A stretch of 64,000 bases of DNA, taken from the NCBI GenBank assembly GCA_035353855.1, contig DAOQAK010000011.1, positions 10,406 to 74,405 on the forward strand. The letters are read 5' to 3'. The stretch is from Bacteroidales bacterium. GTDB lineage: Bacteria > Bacteroidota > Bacteroidia > Bacteroidales > CG2-30-32-10. Under the pieces are notes generated by a model that was not told where the DNA came from, did no database searches, and saw only the letters and a program-made list of their open reading frames with translations. This document shows positions 51,338-58,513 of this stretch, one piece after another. The position numbers were made by a program, and so were the translations under genes. Every line of letters begins with the position of its first letter. Positions within the stretch are counted from its first letter, which is position 1.

Positions 51338-51572
51338 ATGAACGACATAATATCATCTACGTTAAACCCTAAAGAGCTATTAAAAATTCACCTATCCTTA
51401 CAAGTAGGAATTATAAAATTCAAGTATTAGTTGATGCACTAAGACTTGTATCTTCAGATATAATAAAAAAAAATTATTAATACCTGATGGTTGTGAAAAA
51501 TATGGCTTCGTTGAAGGAAAGCATAATTTAAGTATATTGTTGCACTTTTTAGCTGATATGTTAGAAGAATGA
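51338..51572 (+). pseudogene. Possible decayed small ORF immediately upstream of, and stop-start overlapped (ATGA) with, the DpnA-like methyltransferase
   Basis: ATG 51338 opens 30 codons, with the stop at 51428-51430. A second frame is open 51373-51480 (...VLVDALRLVSSDIIKKNY*). A third frame, reached through an A9 run (51465-51473), reads KKKLLIPDGCEKYGFVEGKHNLSILLHFLADMLEE* and ends at 51570-51572, overlapping the MTase ATG at 51569. Confidence 0.3.
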
Positions 51573-52447
51573 TTAAACCTTTTTATAATTCTACCGATAA
51601 ATCATTTTATCTCCTTCAAGGAGATTCATTTGTATTATTACCTCAATTTGAACATAAGTTCGATATTGTATTTGCAGATCCTCCATATTTCCTTTCAAAT
51701 AATGGATTAACTATAAACAGCGGAAAAGTAGTAAGCGTTAATAAAGGCAAATGGGACAAATCGCATGGCTTTGATTATATAAATAATTTCAACAAAAAAT
51801 GGCTTTCTTTAGTTCGTGATAAAATGAAAGAAAACGCTACAATATGGATTAGCGGTACATTACATAATATTTTTTCAATAGGTCAATTGCTAACAGAATT
51901 AGATTTTAAAATATTAAATATAATAACTTGGGAAAAGAATAATCCTCCGCCTAACTTTTCATGTCGCTATTTTACACACTCTACAGAGCAAATTATCTGG
52001 GCTCGTAAAAATGAAAAAGTTCCTCATTACTTCAATTACGAATTAATGAAACAACTTAATGGCAACAGGCAAATGAAAGATGTTTGGAAATTACCTGCAA
52101 TTGCACCTTGGGAAAAATCATGCGGAAAACATCCTACACAAAAACCATTATCAGTATTAACAAGAATAATACTTGCTTCAACTAAACCCGATGCATGGGT
52201 GTTAGATCCATTTACAGGCAGCAGCACCACAGGCATTGCTGCAAACCTTGCAAATAGACGCTTTCTGGGAATTGATTCAGAAATAGAATATCTTGAAATA
52301 AGTAAAAAAAGAAAACTTGAAATAGAAAATAAAACTATTGCAGCAAAATATAAAGAGAAAATAAAAGGGTTTAATAATAAAAATGAACTTGAACTTTTCT
52401 TATGTGCCGAACCTAAAGCAGAATATAAAACAAATTTGAAATTATAA
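51569..52447 (+). CDS. DpnA/M.MboIC-like beta-class N6-adenine DNA methyltransferase
   Basis: 292 aa. FADPPYFLSNNG...VVSVNKGKWDK...ITWEKNNPPPNFSCRYFTHSTEQIIWARKN...GKHPTQKP...DPFTGSSTTG is almost collinear with my recollection of DpnA (FADPPYFLSNGG, ITWQKTNPAPNLSCRYFTHSTETILWARKN, GKHPTQKP). Confidence 0.92.
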   Translation: MIKPFYNSTDKSFYLLQGDSFVLLPQFEHKFDIVFADPPYFLSNNGLTINSGKVVSVNKGKWDKSHGFDYINNFNKKWLSLVRDKMKENATIWISGTLHNIFSIGQLLTELDFKILNIITWEKNNPPPNFSCRYFTHSTEQIIWARKNEKVPHYFNYELMKQLNGNRQMKDVWKLPAIAPWEKSCGKHPTQKPLSVLTRIILASTKPDAWVLDPFTGSSTTGIAANLANRRFLGIDSEIEYLEISKKRKLEIENKTIAAKYKEKIKGFNNKNELELFLCAEPKAEYKTNLKL

Positions 52448-52502
52448 TCTATTATAATATTGATAGAATTAAATTGCTAAACCTCATCAAACAATAAAAA
52501 CC

Positions 52503-52982
52503 ATGTCACCTCAACCAACACCCGAATGCTGTCCTCCGTTCAATCCTGAACCATGGAGCGATAAAGTAACAGAATGGAATAATAAAAAATTTATAAAGGA
52601 TAAAGTATTCACAATCTTTTTCATGCCCGTGAATTTTGGGAATGTAATGAGAAGACTTCATACAAAAGTTGATGGAGCAAAAGCTTCGGTACCTGAATGG
52701 TTGTGCCTTTCCGACCATACTTCAAAATTTAATATGGATGTTTTTCTTGCCGTCGATAAAGAAATAAGCGGAGCAGAAAATGTAACACTAAGTGGAAAAT
52801 TCTACAGCAAAGTGTATGAAGGAAATTTTAAAGAAACCGGAAAATGGTGTAAAGACTATGCCGAAAGCGCCAAAGCAAAAGGGTATAAAACTAAAAAAAT
52901 GTATATGTGGTATACCACCTGTCCTAAGTGCGCAAAGAAATACGGAAAAAATTACGTTGTAATTATTTCACAAATAGATTGA
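52503..52982 (+). CDS. Conserved hypothetical protein with C-terminal CPKC zinc-ribbon-like motif
   Basis: 159 aa. ECCPPFNPEPW...LSDHTS...MWYTTCPKCAKKYGKNYVV. I recall seeing this family annotated only generically. Confidence 0.65.
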   Translation: MSPQPTPECCPPFNPEPWSDKVTEWNNKKFIKDKVFTIFFMPVNFGNVMRRLHTKVDGAKASVPEWLCLSDHTSKFNMDVFLAVDKEISGAENVTLSGKFYSKVYEGNFKETGKWCKDYAESAKAKGYKTKKMYMWYTTCPKCAKKYGKNYVVIISQID

Positions 52983-53027
52983 AATAATTGAAGCCTTTTT
53001 AAAAAAGAAATGTAAATTTTTATTTTT

Positions 53028-53099
53028 CTCTGTGTTCTCTGTAGCGAACTCTGTGTCTTCTCAGAGAGCCTCCGTGAAATAAAAAATTACACAGAGTTT
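53028..53099. repeat. Local CTCTGTG-type repeat patch with a 9-bp inverted repeat
   Basis: tctctgtg 53028-53035, tctctgta 53037-53044, actctgtg 53049-53056, cctccgtg 53070-53077, inverted cacagagt 53091-53098. aactctgtg (53048-53056) pairs with cacagagtt (53091-53099). Confidence 0.6.
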
Positions 53100-53239
53100 C
53101 ATTTAATTTTCATGAAGTTCGTCGCGGTGAACTCAGGGAGCTTTTCGTATAACTCCTCTATTTTTTAAAAGAAAAATATAATGTAGTTTTGCAGAATAAT
53201 TAAAAATGGTATTACAGCCTTTATTCTGTTGATAAAAGA

Positions 53240-54517
53240 ATGACTGAAAAGTTTGATCACAAAGGTTATCTTGATATGGAGTTGTTGCGCTTTACAACAG
53301 CCGGAAGCGTTGACGATGGGAAAAGCACACTAATAGGACGTTTATTATATGACAGCAAATCCATTTTTGAAGATCAACTTGAAGCCATTAAAATTGCCAG
53401 CGAACGTAAAGGCGAAGAACAGGTAAATCTTGCTTTACTAACTGACGGGTTACGTGCTGAGCGTGAACAGGGAATTACCATTGATGTAGCGTATCGTTAT
53501 TTTGCAACACCTAAAAGGAAATTTATTATTGCCGATACTCCCGGGCATATCCAGTATACTCGGAATATGGTAACGGGTGCATCAACAGCCAATCTTGCCA
53601 TTATTCTTATTGATGCACGAAAAGGGGTTATTGAACAAACCAGGCGTCATGCGTTTATTGCATCACTATTGAAAATCCCACACATCATTATTTGTGTAAA
53701 TAAAATGGATCTGGTGCAATACAGCAGCGAGATATATGAAAACATAAAAAAAGATTTTTCACTTTTCGCTTCAAAACTCGAAGTGCAGGATATTCGCTTT
53801 GTGCCTATCAGTGCATTACGCGGTGATAATGTGGTTGACAAGTCGGAAAACATGCAATGGTACGAAGGCCCGTCATTATTGTACTTACTTGAAACTATTC
53901 ATATCGGGAGTGATTTGAATTTAGTAGATTGTCGTTTTCCGGTGCAATATGTTATTCGTCCGCAATCGGAGCAATACCATGATTACAGGGGATACGCAGG
54001 AAGAATAGCTGGAGGTGTTTTCAAACCCGGTGATAAAATTATGGCGCTACCTTCGGGAATGACAAGTAAAATAAAATCAATTGATACCATGGAAGGCACT
54101 GTTGAAGAGGCATTCACTCCTATGTCGGTTACCATTTGTCTTGAAGATGAAATTGACATTAGTCGCGGCGATATGATTGTGAGGGAAAATAATATGCCTG
54201 CTATAGGCCAGGAATTTGATATTATGGTTTGCTGGCTGAATGAGAAAAAATTAATGAACAACGGGAAATATCATATTAAACATACTTCACGTGAAGCCCG
54301 CTGCATTATCAAAGATATACGTTATAAAGTGGATATTAATACGCTTCATCGTATTGAAGAAGATAAAAATATAGGATTGAATGATATTGCACGCATAACA
54401 TTGCGAACAACCGTACCTTTCTTTTTTGATAAATATAAAATAAACAGGATAACCGGAAGCGTTATCCTTATTGATGAATCAACAAACGAAACGGTTGGAG
54501 CAGGTATGATTGTATAA
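53240..54517 (+). CDS. cysN: Sulfate adenylyltransferase subunit 1 (CysN, GTPase subunit; no APS-kinase fusion)
   Basis: 425 aa. LLRFTTAGSVDDGKSTLIGRLLYDSK (G1), DTPGH (G3), NKMD (G4). Full-length CysN-like. Confidence 0.92.
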   Translation: MTEKFDHKGYLDMELLRFTTAGSVDDGKSTLIGRLLYDSKSIFEDQLEAIKIASERKGEEQVNLALLTDGLRAEREQGITIDVAYRYFATPKRKFIIADTPGHIQYTRNMVTGASTANLAIILIDARKGVIEQTRRHAFIASLLKIPHIIICVNKMDLVQYSSEIYENIKKDFSLFASKLEVQDIRFVPISALRGDNVVDKSENMQWYEGPSLLYLLETIHIGSDLNLVDCRFPVQYVIRPQSEQYHDYRGYAGRIAGGVFKPGDKIMALPSGMTSKIKSIDTMEGTVEEAFTPMSVTICLEDEIDISRGDMIVRENNMPAIGQEFDIMVCWLNEKKLMNNGKYHIKHTSREARCIIKDIRYKVDINTLHRIEEDKNIGLNDIARITLRTTVPFFFDKYKINRITGSVILIDESTNETVGAGMIV

Positions 54518-54527
54518 AATATAATTT

Positions 54528-56156
54528 ATGGAAGATCAGGAAAAGAGGAAAAAGTTATTTATCTATATGCCTATTTTGTTGGCATTGGTGCTTATTGCAG
54601 GAATGTTCCTGGGAAGTATAATTTCTTTAAACAGCTCGTTTAATAAAAATATTTTTTCATATAACCCTGGAGGTTATAATAAGTTCAATGATGTTTTAAA
54701 GTATATTGAAGAATCGTATGTTGATTCTATTACCAAAGATTCGCTTACGGAAAAAGCTATAAGCAGCCTGCTTGAAAATCTCGATCCGCATTCAGTATAT
54801 ATTTCTGCTGCTGAATTTAAAGAAGCAAATGAATCATTACAGGGAAGCTTTGAAGGAATAGGAGTTGAATTCCGTGTTCAGCGCGATACGGTTACGGTAA
54901 TTAATGTAATAGCAGGAGGACCTTCAGAACAAAAAGGAATTATGGGAGGCGACCGGATTGTAAAAGTTGACGGGAAAAATATTGCTTCTGTGAAAATTTC
55001 AAATACACAGGTAATAAAATTATTAAAAGGGCCCAAGGGAACCGAAGTTAAAATTAGTGTTTCAAGGCGTGGCGTTAAAGGTCTTATCGATTTTACCATT
55101 ACCAGGGATGTTATTCCTACATACAGTATGGACATTGCTTATATGATCACAAAAAAAATAGGATACATAAAACTAAATAAATTTTCGGCCACTACTTATG
55201 ATGAATTTGCAAAGGGATTGAAGGATTTAAAAAGTAAAGGTATGACCAAGCTTATACTTGATTTACGTGATAATGGCGGGGGTTACCTGCAGGCGGCAAT
55301 AAATGTTGCTGATGAATTTTTACCCGATGGAAAATTAATTGTTTATACCAAAGGTGCACACAAACCTAAAGACGAAGTTCTGGCTACGAAAAACGGTAGC
55401 TTTGAAAATAATTCTTTAGTAGTTCTCATTAATGAATTCTCTGCATCAGCAAGCGAAATAGTTGCCGGAGCAATACAGGATAATGACCGCGGAACAATTA
55501 TCGGTCGCCGTTCATTTGGAAAAGGACTGGTGCAGGAACAATTGAAACTATATGATGGTTCGGCAATAAGGCTCACGGTTTCGCGTTATTATACGCCCAC
55601 GGGACGCTGCATTCAAAAACCTTATGGCGAAGGAACCGAAGAGTATTATAATGAATTTTACCAGCGGTTCATTGACGGGGAGCTGGAAACCGCCGACAGT
55701 ATCAAGTTTGCCGATTCATTAAAATTCAAAACCCCGAAAGGAAAAATTGTTTATGGTGGTGGCGGTATTATGCCTGATGTATTTGTAGGTATTGGTAAAG
55801 AAGAAGATTCAAAATATTTTATTTCCCTTTTTAATAAAGGTTTGTTTATACAGTATGCTTTTGATTATGTTGATAAAAACCGCAAGACACTTAAAGCAAC
55901 ATATCCTGATGCCGATGTTTTTTTAAATAAATTTTATGTTGATAATTCTATACTTAATGAATTTGTTGCTTATACTGAAAAGAATGGAATTAAAAAAGAT
56001 ACCGAAGGATTTTCATTATCCGAAAAAAATATTAAAACTTATCTGAAAGCGTTTATAGGTAGAAACCTGTATAACGACAAAGCTTTTTATCCTACTTTAT
56101 ATCAAACGGATAAAACAGTACAAAAAGCAATAGAGGTGCTTGATGCAGTAAAATAA
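54528..56156 (+). CDS. S41-family C-terminal processing peptidase
   Basis: 542 aa. N-terminal TM, PDZ (GDRIVKVDG), catalytic region LINEFSASASEIVAGAIQD...GKGLVQ. Confidence 0.9.
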   Translation: MEDQEKRKKLFIYMPILLALVLIAGMFLGSIISLNSSFNKNIFSYNPGGYNKFNDVLKYIEESYVDSITKDSLTEKAISSLLENLDPHSVYISAAEFKEANESLQGSFEGIGVEFRVQRDTVTVINVIAGGPSEQKGIMGGDRIVKVDGKNIASVKISNTQVIKLLKGPKGTEVKISVSRRGVKGLIDFTITRDVIPTYSMDIAYMITKKIGYIKLNKFSATTYDEFAKGLKDLKSKGMTKLILDLRDNGGGYLQAAINVADEFLPDGKLIVYTKGAHKPKDEVLATKNGSFENNSLVVLINEFSASASEIVAGAIQDNDRGTIIGRRSFGKGLVQEQLKLYDGSAIRLTVSRYYTPTGRCIQKPYGEGTEEYYNEFYQRFIDGELETADSIKFADSLKFKTPKGKIVYGGGGIMPDVFVGIGKEEDSKYFISLFNKGLFIQYAFDYVDKNRKTLKATYPDADVFLNKFYVDNSILNEFVAYTEKNGIKKDTEGFSLSEKNIKTYLKAFIGRNLYNDKAFYPTLYQTDKTVQKAIEVLDAVK

Positions 56157-56158
56157 AA

Positions 56159-56371
56159 TTATTTTTTTGTTTTATCTTTTTCGGTAATGGTAGAATCGGC
56201 AGCAGTTGTATCGCTGAGAATATCGTTAGCCCTGTCGATTGCTATATCTCCATCAATTTTAGAAAGTGAATCTTCAACCTGAACTTGTCTTCGGTGTTCT
56301 TCTTCAGATGGACCGCACGATATGAAAGCAACAATAGAAAAGTACAATAAAGCGAAAGCAACTTTTTTCAT
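56159..56371 (-). CDS. Small hypothetical lipoprotein
   Basis: 70 aa. Signal peptide with lipobox FISCG. Acidic mature part. Confidence 0.55.
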   Translation of the reverse strand: MKKVAFALLYFSIVAFISCGPSEEEHRRQVQVEDSLSKIDGDIAIDRANDILSDTTAADSTITEKDKTKK

Positions 56372-56484
56372 CTAATCGTTTTTTAAATATGAAGCCACAA
56401 ATATATATATTTTTATTACATATAACATTAAAGCTTATTTTATATGATAAAATTAACTAATTTTATTTTTTAAAATCATCTCCA

Positions 56485-58425
56485 ATGAAAAATATCCTAT
56501 CGTTTATTATAACAATAATTTTTTGTTCAACAGCATTTGCACAGTTAGCGCCTAAGAAAGATTTTACCGAAAAGCTTGCGCTGAGGGATCAGAAAAAAGC
56601 TGATGCCCTTAAAAAAGGAACATTGACATACAATGGAAACAATTACGATTTAAAATATCATCGCTTATGCTGGAGTGTTGACCCGAATATATTATATATC
56701 AGTGGCGAGGTTACCAGTTATTTTAAAACTACTCAGGCCAGCGTTTCGCAAATAAGTTTTGATATGTCTTCGGAACTGGTAGTTGATTCGGTTATTTATC
56801 ATTCAACAGATGTTTCCTATACATTAACTTCATCCAATGCTTTGAACATTTCGCTTCCGGCAGCATTACCTTTAAATCAGCTTGACTCGGTTTCGGTTTT
56901 CTATCATGGCGTTCCTTCGGGTACCGGCTTTGGAAGTTTTATAAAAGAAACTCATAATTCAATACCCATCGTATGGACACTCTCGGAACCTTTTGGCGCT
57001 AGGGATTGGTGGCCATGTAAAAATGATTTATCTGATAAAATTGATTCCATTGATGTTTATGTGACAGCGCCTTCGCAGTATTTAGCTTCATCAAATGGTG
57101 TAAAAATTTCAGAAACCATTCAGGGTGCTGATAAAATTACACACTGGAAACATCGTTATCCAATTGCTGCATACCTTATAGCTATTGCAATTACAAACTA
57201 CCAGACCCTTTCTGTATATGCTCATTTTGGAACTGATTCGCTTGAAGTATTGAATCATGTTTATCCTGAAAATTATTCCAATGCTTTGTCAAACGCGTTG
57301 AATGTAGTGCCCTCGCTTGAATTATACGACAGCCTTTTTATTCCATATCCTTATTCAAATGAACGATATGGGCAAACACAATTCAACTGGGGCGGAGGAA
57401 TGGAACATCAAACCAATACTTTTCTTTGTGATTTTGGACACGAGCTGATGGCGCACGAACTGGCTCATCAGTGGGTTGGCGATATGATAACCTGCGGTAA
57501 CTGGCACGAAATATGGCTAAACGAGGGCTTTGCTACTTACTGGACAGGGTTAACTTATAACTTTCTTTTTAATGGAGTTTATTGGAAACAATGGAAACAA
57601 ATACAAATTGATGATATCGTTTCACAACCCGATGGTAGTGTTTATTGTACTGATACAACCAGTGTGAACAGGATTTTTGACGGGAGACTTTCTTATAAAA
57701 AAGGAGGAATGCTTTTACATATGTTACGATGGGTTATTGGTGATAGCGCTTTTTTTGCAGGGATGAAAAATTATTTGACCGATGCTGATCTTGCATACAA
57801 TTATGCTTGTTCCGATGATTTTATTACTCATATGGAAACAGCTGGCGATACCGATCTTACAGAATTTTTTAATGATTGGCTTTATGGCGAAGGGTATCCT
57901 ACTTATGCAATTAATTGCTACGTCTCTTCTTCAGGTAATGATATGACAATTGTTATCAATCAGTCGCAATCACACAGCTCGGTTTCTTATTTTGAAATGC
58001 CTGTTCCGTTGGAATTTAAAAATGCAACTCACGATACTATTGTTGTTTTCAATAATTCTTTTTCAGGTCAGCAGTATGCTTTAAACTTAGGATTCAGACC
58101 CGACTCCGTTAAGTTCGATCCGGAGTTATGGATTGTTTCAGCGAACAATATAGCAAATGTTAGTACTCCTGAAATTGATTATGTCGAGTCGATAAATATA
58201 TTTCCTAATCCTGCAGAAGATATTCTTAACATTGATTACAAAGGAATGAATATTGAATCGATAGAAATTTATGATGTTAAAGGATCATTAATAAAATCAA
58301 TAATAACAGAAGGAATGAATGGGTATTTGGATATAGATATCTCTTCTTTTGCAGAAGGAATATATTCTGTAAAAATAAAATCTGCAGATAAAATATTTTA
58401 CAGGAAAATTTCAAAAATTCCTTAA
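56485..58425 (+). CDS. M1-family metallopeptidase with T9SS C-terminal sorting domain (intact paralog of 34395-36344)
   Basis: 646 aa. HELAHQWVGD...NEGFATY zinc motif. C-terminal INIFPNPAEDILNI...GIYSVKIKS. Confidence 0.9.
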   Translation: MKNILSFIITIIFCSTAFAQLAPKKDFTEKLALRDQKKADALKKGTLTYNGNNYDLKYHRLCWSVDPNILYISGEVTSYFKTTQASVSQISFDMSSELVVDSVIYHSTDVSYTLTSSNALNISLPAALPLNQLDSVSVFYHGVPSGTGFGSFIKETHNSIPIVWTLSEPFGARDWWPCKNDLSDKIDSIDVYVTAPSQYLASSNGVKISETIQGADKITHWKHRYPIAAYLIAIAITNYQTLSVYAHFGTDSLEVLNHVYPENYSNALSNALNVVPSLELYDSLFIPYPYSNERYGQTQFNWGGGMEHQTNTFLCDFGHELMAHELAHQWVGDMITCGNWHEIWLNEGFATYWTGLTYNFLFNGVYWKQWKQIQIDDIVSQPDGSVYCTDTTSVNRIFDGRLSYKKGGMLLHMLRWVIGDSAFFAGMKNYLTDADLAYNYACSDDFITHMETAGDTDLTEFFNDWLYGEGYPTYAINCYVSSSGNDMTIVINQSQSHSSVSYFEMPVPLEFKNATHDTIVVFNNSFSGQQYALNLGFRPDSVKFDPELWIVSANNIANVSTPEIDYVESINIFPNPAEDILNIDYKGMNIESIEIYDVKGSLIKSIITEGMNGYLDIDISSFAEGIYSVKIKSADKIFYRKISKIP

Positions 58426-58513
58426 TCGTGATATTGACTTTTTAATTGAAATAATCAATACGAAAATCGCAATAAATTTGAATCTCAAACTTTCAACTTT
58501 GAAAAATTTCTAA

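Noticed and set aside
53028-53099. CTCTGTG repeats considered as a mini CRISPR-like or tandem array.
   Set aside because: The repeat units are 7-8 nt with irregular 1-13-nt spacing, there are no cas genes, and the spacing is far too short for CRISPR.
54285-54296. CTTCACGTGAAG palindrome inside cysN as a third copy of the TGTTTCACGTGAAACA element.
   Set aside because: It shares only the 10-nt core TTCACGTGAA, lies in coding sequence, and lacks the flanking TGT/ACA.
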